From Bacteroidetes bacterium UBA2475 (GTDB lineage Bacteria; Bacteroidota; Bacteroidia; B-17B0; Aurantibacillaceae): 64,000 nt of DNA. The notes under the pieces were generated by a model. That model was given only the letters and a program-made list of their open reading frames with translations, ran no database searches and was not told the origin of the DNA. A program made the translations under genes and the position numbers. Numbering within the stretch: the first letter of the stretch is position 1; each line of letters starts with the position of its first letter. This document shows positions 9,885 to 20,305 of the stretch, one piece after another. The DNA is taken from assembly GCA_002342065.1 (NCBI GenBank), contig DDPF01000010.1, positions 327,507 through 391,506 on the forward strand. The letters run 5' to 3'.

Positions 9885-12800
9885 TTATCTGTGTCCAGTA
9901 ACTTCTTCATCAACACCTTCTATGGTATTGCAGTGATACAGGCGTTCGTGTTTAGCTTTTAATTTTTCGACTTTACCACCTTTTTGTTTTTCCAATAATA
10001 ATTTTGCAATTATCCTTGCTCTTTCGGTTTTAATATATTGCTTTAGTTTTGCATCTTCTTCCCTGTCAAAATAAATTTGCCCGTCAATAATTGTTTTATC
10101 AGCAATAGCATAAACACTCATTGGATTATCGGTCCACAAAACTAGATCGGCGACTTTACCAACTTTAATACTGCCCACTTTATCATCTATATGCAACATT
10201 TTAGCGGGATTTAATGTCACTAATTTTAGGGCTTCTGTTTCTGTTAATCCACCATATTTAATTGCCTTTGCTGCTTCCTGGTTCAATCTGCGGGCCATCT
10301 CCGCATCATCGCTATTTATAGAAGTGTTAACTCCCATTCTTGTTAATATAGCTGCGTTGTATGGTATTGCTTCAATTACCTCATTCTTGTAAGCCCACCA
10401 ATCTGCAAATGTAGAAGCGTTTACGCCATGAGCTTTCATTTTATCGGCTACTTTGTATCCTTCTAAAATATGTGTGAAAGTGTTTACTTTAAATCCAAAG
10501 CTATCTGCCACGTGCATTAACATATTTATTTCGCTTTGCACATAACTATGACAAGTAATAAAACGTTTTCTATTTAAGATCTCCGCAAGAGCGTCTAACT
10601 CAAGATCTTTACGAGGAGTCCCAATTTTATTTTTTTCAATATCTTTTGGACTTAACTTTGAGAACCCTTGCCACTGAAGATCATATTCTTTAGCGCGTGA
10701 AAAATAATCATTGTAAACTTGCTCTACTCCCATTCTTGATTGAGGAAAACGAACGGAGTTATGATCACCCCAATTACTTTGTTTTACATTTTCGCCCAAA
10801 GCAAATTTTATAAAGCCATCTGCTTTTTCATATTTGAGATCTTCGGCAGTGTGACCCCATCGTAATTTGATCAAAACGCTTTGTCCACCAATTGGGTTAG
10901 CCGAACCATGCAATAATTGCGAAGTAGTAACACCACCTGAAAGCTGACGGTAAATATTTATGTCCTCCGGATTTAAAACGTCACCCATTCTAACTTCAGC
11001 ACTGCTTGCCTGCGTGCCTTCGTTAACACCTGCGGTTAAAGCAATGTGACTGTGTTCATCAATAATTCCGGGTGTTAAATGTTTTCCCTGCGCATCAATA
11101 ATTTTAGCGAAGGCCATTTTTGGAGCATCAATATTTTTAGCGATGCGTACAATTTTTCCTTCTACAACATATACATCATGATCTACCAAAACGCTGTCGC
11201 CACTATTTGTCCAAACTGTTGCATTCTTTATTAAGATAGCAGAATAACGGTTCTTAAATTTATTCCATTGGTCTTTAAAAAGGCCCTGCTCTTCCGGTAA
11301 GGGCTCACCATAAGCATTGAACGGATAAATAATTTTTCCTAGTTCTACTTTTTTCTCGGCTGGTTTTGGTTTTGTAGTTGTATCTACCGCAGATTCAAAT
11401 GCTAATTTAAAATCGAACCATTCTCCATTTGCTGATTGTGCTTTACCTTCAAAAAATTTATTTTCTAAACTATAATTTCCACTGCCACGAATTGATTTAG
11501 TAGAATCATACGAAAAGCTAAAAGAAATAAAGTTATTTGAAAACGAATAATTTAAATTTTTCTTTGTTGTATCAATAGTGATCTTGGCCTGTGGCATGTT
11601 AACATCACCTGAGAGTTTAATTTTAAAATTTTTATCTGGCGTACTTAAAACATAATTTCCACGAATATCAGGTGCATTTATATCTGAGAAAACAGTTGGC
11701 TCACCCGCAACCCATGTTTGCATAACACTTGCTTCATTATCAAAAATTGACCGGTTGCTAATAAAAAAATTAGCAAGTAACCCTTTTTTTAATGCGCCAA
11801 CTTTATCCTGTGCATTAATAAACGTTGCAGGATTAATGGTTAAAGCTTTTAAAGCAGTCTTTTCTGAAAGTCCATACTTCACGGCCTTTCGAAGGTTACT
11901 TAAGAACTGACTTTTCTCTTTTAAGTCGGCAGAGGTTAAACAAAACTGAATAAAAGATTTTTCAAAGGCTGCGGGATTTATTGGTGCTAATTCCCAATGC
12001 TTGAGATCTGTCAATGAAACTGCTTCTGCATCAAAAGGATCTTCTACATCATACGCAATTGGAAAATTTAAAGGCACAATATATTTTAATTGTGTGTTTT
12101 GAATATCGTTCATCCTTTGGTATTCATTTCCTCCCGCTTTGATAATATATTTTACACCAAACTCAGTTCCAATTTTTGCTGCGCGTAATGCATTGTATTT
12201 ATCATTTGCTTCAAAAATGCAAGGCAAGTCTTTTATTTTATTAAAAGCTTCAAGAGAAATATTATACTCGGTTTTGTTTTTATTTTGTCCGTACCACAAA
12301 GCATCGTAATAGGTTTGTCTTAATAATGCAATACAGCCAGTTAAAGAACTTGGGTATTCTTGCGTTGAAGTACCTTTTGATAATGAATAAAAGCCGGCAG
12401 CCTTATCCATAATTATACTTTCGTTCTCGTTCTTATTATTTAAATTCACAAATACACCAGTTCCTCTTACAATCCCATCCTTCGGGCAAGAAACAACGGC
12501 GCCAAAACCTATTTTCTTTAATTCTTCAGCTTTATCTTTATTTAAAATAAAAAGTTTGTGGCTTTCAATCTCGGCTTTTATTGCCTGGTTCCAGCCATAA
12601 GCACCTTTCACATTACTTTCCATTTGTGGTGCGCCGTCAGGACGACGATGACCGCCGGTATTAACAGGTTTTGCTTCCTGGAGTCCATAATCTGAATAAA
12701 GATCAATAAATGAAGGGTAAATGAATTTTCCATTCAGATCATAAACAATGGCATTTTTTGGAAGCTCTATTTTTTCCCCGGCATTTATAATTTTACCATC

Positions 12801-12980
12801 CTGTATCAAAAGGGTTCCCTTTTTAATAACGGTTTCAAAATCAATGTAAATAGTAGCGTTCACAAAAGCATAAATGCTGTGTGTGTTAAATGGTGCGCCA
12901 TTTGTGGGAAAAGTAGATTGCCCGAAAAAATTAAAATTTAAAAAACTTAATACTAAAATTAGTGCGCTTATTCTTTTCAT
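9885..12980 (-). CDS. Secreted two-domain amidohydrolase
   Basis: Signal peptide and tandem amidohydrolase domains; the C-terminal domain has 'PGIIDEHSH', 'HSY', 'HILEG', 'NSDD'. Confidence 0.85.
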   Translation of the reverse strand: MKRISALILVLSFLNFNFFGQSTFPTNGAPFNTHSIYAFVNATIYIDFETVIKKGTLLIQDGKIINAGEKIELPKNAIVYDLNGKFIYPSFIDLYSDYGLQEAKPVNTGGHRRPDGAPQMESNVKGAYGWNQAIKAEIESHKLFILNKDKAEELKKIGFGAVVSCPKDGIVRGTGVFVNLNNKNENESIIMDKAAGFYSLSKGTSTQEYPSSLTGCIALLRQTYYDALWYGQNKNKTEYNISLEAFNKIKDLPCIFEANDKYNALRAAKIGTEFGVKYIIKAGGNEYQRMNDIQNTQLKYIVPLNFPIAYDVEDPFDAEAVSLTDLKHWELAPINPAAFEKSFIQFCLTSADLKEKSQFLSNLRKAVKYGLSEKTALKALTINPATFINAQDKVGALKKGLLANFFISNRSIFDNEASVMQTWVAGEPTVFSDINAPDIRGNYVLSTPDKNFKIKLSGDVNMPQAKITIDTTKKNLNYSFSNNFISFSFSYDSTKSIRGSGNYSLENKFFEGKAQSANGEWFDFKLAFESAVDTTTKPKPAEKKVELGKIIYPFNAYGEPLPEEQGLFKDQWNKFKNRYSAILIKNATVWTNSGDSVLVDHDVYVVEGKIVRIAKNIDAPKMAFAKIIDAQGKHLTPGIIDEHSHIALTAGVNEGTQASSAEVRMGDVLNPEDINIYRQLSGGVTTSQLLHGSANPIGGQSVLIKLRWGHTAEDLKYEKADGFIKFALGENVKQSNWGDHNSVRFPQSRMGVEQVYNDYFSRAKEYDLQWQGFSKLSPKDIEKNKIGTPRKDLELDALAEILNRKRFITCHSYVQSEINMLMHVADSFGFKVNTFTHILEGYKVADKMKAHGVNASTFADWWAYKNEVIEAIPYNAAILTRMGVNTSINSDDAEMARRLNQEAAKAIKYGGLTETEALKLVTLNPAKMLHIDDKVGSIKVGKVADLVLWTDNPMSVYAIADKTIIDGQIYFDREEDAKLKQYIKTERARIIAKLLLEKQKGGKVEKLKAKHERLYHCNTIEGVDEEVTGHR

Positions 12981-13137
12981 TAACGAGATAATTTATATAT
13001 AGTTATTTATGATCCTGCAACCCTGAAGTCTTTCAATTCATAAACCCTCAAATTTAAACAGATTTACCAAAATTACTAGCTCTAATTTGCATTTTATTCT
13101 GCCTTTTATTGCTATTTTTACAGTAAATATCCATATT

Positions 13138-13761
13138 ATGTATAAAGGTTTTTTACACACCCATTATTTAGTTGTTAGTCTTTTTTTATTGCTTTACGTT
13201 ATAAAAACTGTACTCCTTTTAAGTAACAAAACAGACCTTCTTAAAACGTTCTCAAAAAAGACAAGGCTTTTTGAAATTATCATCAGTTTTTTATTCTTAC
13301 TTACAGGTATTTATTTAATGACACAGATACCGTATGGTGGTAAATACGATTATATGTTATGGATAAAACTGGTAATGATATTTGCCTCTATACCTATTGC
13401 TGTTATTGGTTTTAGAAAAAATAATAAAACATTGGCTGCTTTAAGTTTATTAATGATAACCGGTAGTTTTGGTCTTGGTGAGGTTTACCACAAAAAGAAA
13501 GGTATTGCAAAGGAAGTTGATACTACAATTGCTGCTAATGACGGCAAAGCTCTATATGAAGCAAACTGTAATTTATGTCATGGTGCTGATGGAAAACTAG
13601 GCATGTCGGGCGCAAAAGATCTGACAGCTTCAGTAATGGACCTTGCCGCTATTAAAGAAATAATTATTCATGGCAAAGGTGCTATGCCAGCCGCACAGGT
13701 TAACGAAGAGCAAGCAACAGCAATTGCGGCGTATGTTAACGATCAAATAAAAGGGCACTAA
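13138..13761 (+). CDS. SirB2-like 4-TM membrane protein fused to a C-terminal c-type cytochrome
   Basis: Four hydrophobic helices, then heme motif 'CNLCH' and 'GKGAMP'. ATG at 13138 is preferred over the track's TTG at 13087. Confidence 0.75.
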   Translation: MYKGFLHTHYLVVSLFLLLYVIKTVLLLSNKTDLLKTFSKKTRLFEIIISFLFLLTGIYLMTQIPYGGKYDYMLWIKLVMIFASIPIAVIGFRKNNKTLAALSLLMITGSFGLGEVYHKKKGIAKEVDTTIAANDGKALYEANCNLCHGADGKLGMSGAKDLTASVMDLAAIKEIIIHGKGAMPAAQVNEEQATAIAAYVNDQIKGH

Positions 13762-13769
13762 AAAAATTA

Positions 13770-14966
13770 ATGAAAGAAACGAACTCTACGGCAATACCAA
13801 CGCACACCTGTGTTTTAATGGGTGTTATAAATAAGTTACAGGACGACGGACTTGCAAAAGAATACTTAGAAGAACTTGCTTTTTTAGCTGAGACCTATGG
13901 CCTTGAGACCAAAAAAACATTTACCCAAAAATTAGAGAAACCCGATAAAGCCACTTTTATTGGCAAAGGAAAGGTAAGTGAAATAAAAAATTATGTTCTC
14001 GAAAATAAAATAGACGTTGTGATCTTTGACGATGAACTTTCGCCATCGCAACAACGTAATCTTGAAAAAGAATTCGGTAAAAAAATATTAGATCGTACCA
14101 CATTAATTCTTGAAATATTTGAGCAGCGCGCACAAACAGCACATGCTAAAACACAAGTGCAATTAGCTCAATACCAATACATGCTTCCACGCTTAACCGG
14201 TATGTGGACCCACTTGGAACGACAACGTGGTGGAACCGGAACTCGCGGCGGAGCTGGTGAAAAAGAAATTGAAACTGACAGAAGGATCGTAAGGGATAAA
14301 ATTGCTTTACTGAAAGAAAGGTTAAAAGAAATAGATAAGCAAATGGCCACTCAGCGTAAGAACCGCGGCGAATTAATTCGTGTGGCTTTGGTTGGTTATA
14401 CAAATGTTGGCAAAAGCACAATTATGAATTTATTAAGCAAAAGCACTGTTTTTGCCGAAAATAAATTGTTTGCTACTTTAGATACAACGGTTAGAAAAGT
14501 GACCATTGATAATGTTTTTTTTCTATTGAGTGATACTGTTGGATTTATAAGGAAATTACCTACCGAATTAGTTGAAAGTTTTAAATCTACTTTAGATGAA
14601 GTGCGCGAAGCCGATCTGCTTATTCATGTTGTAGATATCTCGCATAAGAATTTTGAAGACCATTTAAATGTTGTAAAACAAACACTGCAGGACATTGGTG
14701 CCGGCGATAAACCCGTAATATTAGTATTCAATAAGATCGACGCTTTTACCTATACAAAAAAAGATGATGATGATCTTACACCAACAACCCGAGAGAATTT
14801 ATCATTAGAAGATATTAAGAACACCTGGATGAAAAGCCTTAATAACCCATGTTTATTTATTAGCGCGCAAACCAAAGAAAATATTGATGAGCTAAAGAAA
14901 ACCGTTTACGATCTTGTAAAAGAAATGCATATAAAACGTTATCCTTATCACAATTTATTATACTAA
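13770..14966 (+). CDS. hflX: GTPase HflX
   Basis: 'GYTNVGKST', 'LFATLDTT', 'DTVGFI', 'NKID'. Confidence 0.97.
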   Translation: MKETNSTAIPTHTCVLMGVINKLQDDGLAKEYLEELAFLAETYGLETKKTFTQKLEKPDKATFIGKGKVSEIKNYVLENKIDVVIFDDELSPSQQRNLEKEFGKKILDRTTLILEIFEQRAQTAHAKTQVQLAQYQYMLPRLTGMWTHLERQRGGTGTRGGAGEKEIETDRRIVRDKIALLKERLKEIDKQMATQRKNRGELIRVALVGYTNVGKSTIMNLLSKSTVFAENKLFATLDTTVRKVTIDNVFFLLSDTVGFIRKLPTELVESFKSTLDEVREADLLIHVVDISHKNFEDHLNVVKQTLQDIGAGDKPVILVFNKIDAFTYTKKDDDDLTPTTRENLSLEDIKNTWMKSLNNPCLFISAQTKENIDELKKTVYDLVKEMHIKRYPYHNLLY

Positions 14967-15463
14967 TGCAGGTTGAATTTAAATATGCCACTTTCACCGA
15001 TCTTCCAAAGATCGTAGCAACATATAATTCAACAGTTGCTTCGCGATTGGTTACCGCAGACCTTGAGCCGGTTAGCAACGAAAGTAAATTAGACTGGTTC
15101 AATGCGCATTCGCCGGAGCGCAGGCCACTTTGGTTAATAATGATGGATAATGAATATGCAGGTTGGATGAGCTTTAATTCGTTTTACGGTCGCCCAGCAT
15201 ATGATGGCACGGTTGAAGTAAGTATTTATTTAGAAGAAAAAGCAAGAGGAAAAGGTTTAGGAAAGATCTGTTTACAAAAAGCAATTGATATTTCTCCATC
15301 TCTAAAGATTCATTCACTTTTAGGTTTTATTTTTGGTCATAACGAGCCGAGTTTAAAATTATTTTACCAATTCGGCTTCGAAAAATGGGCGCACTTACCC
15401 GCTATTGCCAATATGGATGGAACCATGCGCGACCTTATTATTCTTGGCAAAAAGACGGTTTAA
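14966..15463 (+). CDS. GNAT N-acetyltransferase (phosphinothricin/methionine-sulfoximine acetyltransferase-like)
   Basis: 'YGRPAYDGTVEVSIYL', 'RGKGLGK', 'NEPSLKLF'; TAATG overlap with hflX. Confidence 0.85.
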   Translation: MQVEFKYATFTDLPKIVATYNSTVASRLVTADLEPVSNESKLDWFNAHSPERRPLWLIMMDNEYAGWMSFNSFYGRPAYDGTVEVSIYLEEKARGKGLGKICLQKAIDISPSLKIHSLLGFIFGHNEPSLKLFYQFGFEKWAHLPAIANMDGTMRDLIILGKKTV

Positions 15464-15513
15464 ATTGATTTGGCATATTTTGAGTATTTAAGTAAATTGC
15501 AGGTAATTATCCC

Positions 15514-16407
15514 ATGTCATTCTTCTCAGAAATAGCTCACGAATTTTCATCTCAAAACACACAGTTTTGGAATTACACAAAAGATAGCTTAAAACATCCT
15601 GGACTTAAAAATGTATACTACGCGGTTCTCTTAGCTTATCTATTTTGTTTTTTTCTGGAAGTAGTGCTTCCCAGGCAACGAAAACATGGTGTAATGTCGC
15701 GCAAATATTTTTGGCAGGATACGTTCTATATTTTATTTAACGACTTGCTTTTAAACGTATTGGGCTTTTTTGCTTTATGCGCAGTAACGGAATTTGTGTT
15801 GTTAAAATTTTTACTTCTATTCGATATTCATAGTTTAAAAGTTACAGATATAACGCACCTCAATCCGCTTTTGCAGATCCTTATCATGTTCATTTTGCAG
15901 GATTTTTGCGAATATATAGCTCATATTTTTTTACACCGTTCCAATTTTTTCTGGGAATTTCACAAGATCCATCATGCTCAGGAAGAGCTCGGCGCAGCCT
16001 CTACACGTCATTTTCACTGGGTTGAAATGCTGGTTTTTAAACCCCTGATCTACATTCCATTTGCCTTAATTGGCTATTCTGCTATTGACTATTTCCTTTT
16101 TCAGATAACGGTTCAAAATGTTTGGGGATTTTTTACACATTGCAACATAAAAGTAAGATGGGGTTGGTTAAATTATATTTTTAATACCCCCGAAACCCAT
16201 GCTTGGCATCACGCTAAAAATATTGACAAAAAATACGGAGTAAATTTTGCCTCTATCCTTAATATTTGGGATCTTATGTTTGGGCATTTTTATTTACCAA
16301 AAGATAAACAACCCATTTTAGGCGTTGAAGGCGGAAAAGAAGTACCTAATTCTTTTATCGGGCAGTTCTTTTACCCATTTAAAAAACATTTCGGTAAGAA
16401 AAAGTAA
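15514..16407 (+). CDS. Sterol desaturase / fatty acid hydroxylase superfamily protein
   Basis: Membrane protein with His boxes 'HIFLH', 'HKIHH', 'HAWHH'. Confidence 0.85.
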   Translation: MSFFSEIAHEFSSQNTQFWNYTKDSLKHPGLKNVYYAVLLAYLFCFFLEVVLPRQRKHGVMSRKYFWQDTFYILFNDLLLNVLGFFALCAVTEFVLLKFLLLFDIHSLKVTDITHLNPLLQILIMFILQDFCEYIAHIFLHRSNFFWEFHKIHHAQEELGAASTRHFHWVEMLVFKPLIYIPFALIGYSAIDYFLFQITVQNVWGFFTHCNIKVRWGWLNYIFNTPETHAWHHAKNIDKKYGVNFASILNIWDLMFGHFYLPKDKQPILGVEGGKEVPNSFIGQFFYPFKKHFGKKK

Positions 16408-16469
16408 AATCTTATATTTAACTTACATTCTCATTAAAATTGTTATTAAATTTAGTGCTTCTAACAGAT

Positions 16470-17666
16470 ATGACACACTTATCAAACAGAGTAAATAAAA
16501 TATCCGAATCGCAAACAATTGCGATGGCGCGAAAAAGTCGTGAGTTAAAAGCAGCTGGAATTGACATTATCAGTTTAAGTCTGGGCGAACCCGATTTTTC
16601 TACACCACAAATTATTAAGGACGTTGCTAAAAAAGCGATCGACGAAAATTTCAGTTACTATACACACGTATCCGGTTATCTCGAATTGAGAGAAGCTATT
16701 TGTGGAAAATTTAAACGTGATAATAATCTTGTTTATACTTCCGACCAAATTGTAGTTTCTACCGGTGCAAAACAAAGTATTGCAAATGCTGTATTGTGTT
16801 TAATTAATCCTGGCGACGAAGTAATTATCCCTGCACCGTTTTGGGTAAGTTATCTAGAGATATTAAAACTGGCGGAAGGAACCCCGGTAATTGTTGATAC
16901 AAAAATTGATGCGGATTTTAAAATAACACCTGCACAATTAGAAAAAGCGATCACGCCAAAATCAAGATTGATCATGTTAAGCACTCCTTGTAATCCAACG
17001 GGTAGTGTTTATACAAAAGCAGAATTAAAAGCTTTAGCGGAAGTGATCGCAAAACACGAAGAGCTTTATATTATAAGCGACGAGATCTACGAACATATTA
17101 ATTTTGTTGGCGGACACGAAAGTTTTGCCCAATTTGATTTTATAAAAGAACGCGTTATTACTATTAACGGCGTTTCAAAAGGTTTTGCCATGACAGGCTG
17201 GCGCGGAGGAATTATGGCCGCACCAAAATGGATAGCACAAGCTTGTGATAAAATGCAGGGACAATTTACATCTGCTACTTGCAGTATAACACAAAAAGCC
17301 ATGCACAAAGCAATGGAGTTGGATTATGACACTTACATAAAACCAATGCGTGACGCATTTTTAAAACGCCGCGATCTTGTGTTGAGTTTAATGAAAGAGA
17401 TACCGGGATTAAAAACTAACGTCCCGCAGGGTGCCTTTTATGTTTATCCTGAGGTAACTTATTATTTCGGTAAAAAATACAAAGATCATGTAATTAATAA
17501 TGCCACCGATCTTTCACTTTTTTTATTGGATGAAGGACACCTGGCGTTAGTGCCGGGCGCTGCCTTTGGTGATGATATCTATATTCGTTTTTCTTACGCA
17601 ACCAGCGAAGAGAATTTAAAAGAAGCTTTAAAAAGAATGAAAGAAGCTTTAGCAAAACTTCAATAA
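16470..17666 (+). CDS. Aspartate aminotransferase-like class I/II PLP aminotransferase
   Basis: 'GEPDF', 'PCNPTG', 'SDEIYE', 'SKGFAMTGWRGG'; ATG at 16470. Confidence 0.9.
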   Translation: MTHLSNRVNKISESQTIAMARKSRELKAAGIDIISLSLGEPDFSTPQIIKDVAKKAIDENFSYYTHVSGYLELREAICGKFKRDNNLVYTSDQIVVSTGAKQSIANAVLCLINPGDEVIIPAPFWVSYLEILKLAEGTPVIVDTKIDADFKITPAQLEKAITPKSRLIMLSTPCNPTGSVYTKAELKALAEVIAKHEELYIISDEIYEHINFVGGHESFAQFDFIKERVITINGVSKGFAMTGWRGGIMAAPKWIAQACDKMQGQFTSATCSITQKAMHKAMELDYDTYIKPMRDAFLKRRDLVLSLMKEIPGLKTNVPQGAFYVYPEVTYYFGKKYKDHVINNATDLSLFLLDEGHLALVPGAAFGDDIYIRFSYATSEENLKEALKRMKEALAKLQ

Positions 17667-17673
17667 TTTTCAG

Positions 17674-18690
17674 ATGAAAAAATTTTCTATTAAAAAAGAT
17701 CACATTCGCGAAATTTTCAGGTCCTTCAATAACTTAAACGTCCTAGTTATTGGCGACGTTATGATAGATAGTTATTTGTGGGGAAAAGTAAACCGGATTT
17801 CGCCCGAAGCTCCAGTACCAATTGTAGCTGTAAGTAAAAAAGAAAGAAGGCTGGGTGGTGCAGCAAATGTTGCACTGAACATACAGGCTTTAGGTGCAAA
17901 TCCAATTTTATGTTCGGTAGTTGGTGTTGACTATGAAGGCTTAGCATTTTTAGATCTTTTAAGAGCGCAAAAACTAAGTCAGAAAGGTATTTTAAAATTA
18001 CGTGACAGGATCACTACAGTTAAGACACGCGTAATCGGTAACAATGCGCAACTATTAAGAGTAGATGAAGAAGTTGAAGAAGATATTGATCCATCGGACG
18101 TACAACAATTATTAACGCTTATTTCATACATTATTAACCACGATAAAATTGACGTAATAATTTTTGAGGATTATAACAAAGGTTTAATTACATCTAAACT
18201 CGTAAGTAAAGTAGTTGAGCTTGCAAAAAGCAAGAATATTCCAACCTGCGTTGATCCAAAAAAGAAAAATTTCAATACATATAAAGGCGTTAGTTTATTT
18301 AAACCAAATTTAAAAGAACTTCGCGAAGGAATTAAAATGGATGTGAGCGGCGATCACATCAACGAACTACAGCGTGCTGTAAGCAGCTTTAGGGTAAAAC
18401 AAAAAATGGAAACTATTTTGGTTACCCTTGCAGATAAAGGGATAATAACCAATTCACGCAAAGTAAAAGAACATTTGACCGCGCATGTTAGAAGTATTGC
18501 CGATGTAAGTGGTGCCGGTGATACGGTTATAAGCGTTGCAGCATTATGCAGAGCATTGGAATGCAATGATATTGTAACTGCAGCTTTAGCAAATCTTGCC
18601 GGTGGACTGGTATGTGAACAAGTTGGTGTTATTCCCATTGATAAATCTCAACTTTTTGAAGAAGCTTTAAAACTCGATATTGTAAAATAA
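17674..18690 (+). CDS. rfaE1: D-glycero-beta-D-manno-heptose-7-phosphate kinase (HldE/RfaE domain I only)
   Basis: 'GDVMID..GKVNRISPEAPVP', 'GGAANVA', 'DYNKG', 'DVSGAGDTV'; no adenylyltransferase domain. Confidence 0.88.
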   Translation: MKKFSIKKDHIREIFRSFNNLNVLVIGDVMIDSYLWGKVNRISPEAPVPIVAVSKKERRLGGAANVALNIQALGANPILCSVVGVDYEGLAFLDLLRAQKLSQKGILKLRDRITTVKTRVIGNNAQLLRVDEEVEEDIDPSDVQQLLTLISYIINHDKIDVIIFEDYNKGLITSKLVSKVVELAKSKNIPTCVDPKKKNFNTYKGVSLFKPNLKELREGIKMDVSGDHINELQRAVSSFRVKQKMETILVTLADKGIITNSRKVKEHLTAHVRSIADVSGAGDTVISVAALCRALECNDIVTAALANLAGGLVCEQVGVIPIDKSQLFEEALKLDIVK

Positions 18691-18730
18691 TTTAAACGTA
18701 GAGTTAAAAGCTTTCTGTAAATCAAAAACA

Positions 18731-19459
18731 ATGCTACACGATAACGTTACTCCCTATAAGAACAAAGACCCTAAAAAAGAACAGGTTGCACAAATGTTTG
18801 ACAACATTGCCGACCGTTATGATTTTTTAAATGGTTTATTATCGATGGGCACCCATAAAGGCTGGCGCAAAAAATGTGTGAGCCTTTTAAAAACAAAACA
18901 ACCAAAAACAATACTAGACGTTGCGACAGGAACAGCCGATTTTGCTATTGAATGTGCTAAATTAAACCCAACAAAAATAATTGGCATTGATATCAGCGAT
19001 GGCATGATGCAATTTGGGAGAGAGAAAATTAAAAACTTAAAATTAGAAAGCCTGATCATACTTGAGAATGGAAATGCAGAAACGGTTGCCTTTCCTGATA
19101 ATATGTTTGATGCTATTGTGGTTGGTTTTGGTGTACGTAATTTTCAAAATTTAGAGAAAGGTTTAGAGAATTTGTATCGTGTTTTAAAACCGGGTGGACA
19201 ATTGGTAATACTTGAATTCGCATATCCACGCAATTGGTTCATTAAAGGACTTTACAATTTTTATTTCTCTTACATTACTCCGGCCATTGGAAAAATATTC
19301 TCAAAAGATAACAGGGCCTATACTTATTTAACTGAAAGTGTAAAAGCATTTCCAAACAACGAAAATTTTATTGCGATTTTAAATAAACTAAAATATAAAA
19401 ATACAAGTTTTAAAAGTTTAAGTTTTGGTGTGGCAGCAATTTATTACGCTGAAAAATAG
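18731..19459 (+). CDS. menG: Demethylmenaquinone methyltransferase (UbiE/MenG)
   Basis: 'MFDNIA..YDFLN', 'LDVATGTAD', 'FGVRNF', 'YLTESV'. Confidence 0.93.
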   Translation: MLHDNVTPYKNKDPKKEQVAQMFDNIADRYDFLNGLLSMGTHKGWRKKCVSLLKTKQPKTILDVATGTADFAIECAKLNPTKIIGIDISDGMMQFGREKIKNLKLESLIILENGNAETVAFPDNMFDAIVVGFGVRNFQNLEKGLENLYRVLKPGGQLVILEFAYPRNWFIKGLYNFYFSYITPAIGKIFSKDNRAYTYLTESVKAFPNNENFIAILNKLKYKNTSFKSLSFGVAAIYYAEK

Positions 19460-19525
19460 GTGCTAAAACTTTTAACTTAGATAACTCGTATATTTAAAAA
19501 AAATTATTTATTAAACATACAATCT

Positions 19526-20305
19526 ATGAGCAATTATCTTTCAATTCCGTTAATTTCCTGGGCAGTAGTCGCCGTTATCATGGTAATTATATGGTTCTGG
19601 GCCTTAAAGATCAAGAACAATGGCATTGTAGATATTTTTTGGGCATTTAACTTTACGGTTATTGCAGGTATTATCTGGTATTTAGCGGATGGCAATCCTG
19701 AAAGAAAGATTTTAGTTTGTGCACTGGCCGGTTTATGGAGTTTACGTTTAGGAATCTACTTATTGATCCGTGTTGGCGGCCATATAAAAGAAGAAGAAGG
19801 TCGCTACAAACAATTACGTTTAGAATGGAATGATGCAAAATTCTTTTTCTTCTTCCAGATGCAGGCTTTTTCAAATGTAATGTTAGCGCTTCCATTTTTT
19901 ATCATCGCTCTTAATCCAAATCCGGAAATATCCATCATCGAATACATTGGTGCGGGCTTATGGTTCTTATGCATTATTGGCGAAGGCATTTCTGACTGGC
20001 AACTACAATACTTTAAAAAACATAATACAGTAAAAGGAAAAGTTTGTGAGTTTGGTCTGTGGAATTATTCCCGTCACCCAAATTATTTTTTCCAATTTTC
20101 TTTATGGATCTCGGTTTTAATTTTTGCTTTACCTAGTCCTTACGGTTGGATCTCCGCGATCTGTCCTTTGTCCATCGGGTATTTATTATTTAAAGTAACA
20201 GGTATTCCAATGACGGAAGAACAGGCCGTTCGTAGCCGTGGCGAAGCATACAAAGAGTATCAACGCACAACAAGTGTTTTTGTACCCTGGTTTAAAAAGA
20301 AATAA
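19526..20305 (+). CDS. DUF1295 / steroid 5-alpha-reductase-like membrane protein
   Basis: 'VDIFW', 'WSLRLG', 'EEGRY', 'GLWNYSRHPNYF'. Confidence 0.88.
   Translation: MSNYLSIPLISWAVVAVIMVIIWFWALKIKNNGIVDIFWAFNFTVIAGIIWYLADGNPERKILVCALAGLWSLRLGIYLLIRVGGHIKEEEGRYKQLRLEWNDAKFFFFFQMQAFSNVMLALPFFIIALNPNPEISIIEYIGAGLWFLCIIGEGISDWQLQYFKKHNTVKGKVCEFGLWNYSRHPNYFFQFSLWISVLIFALPSPYGWISAICPLSIGYLLFKVTGIPMTEEQAVRSRGEAYKEYQRTTSVFVPWFKKK

Noticed and set aside
15470-15484. Sigma-54-like TTGGCATATTTTGAG upstream of the desaturase gene
   Set aside because: The spacing between TGGCA and TTG is 2 nt too short for a -24/-12 promoter.
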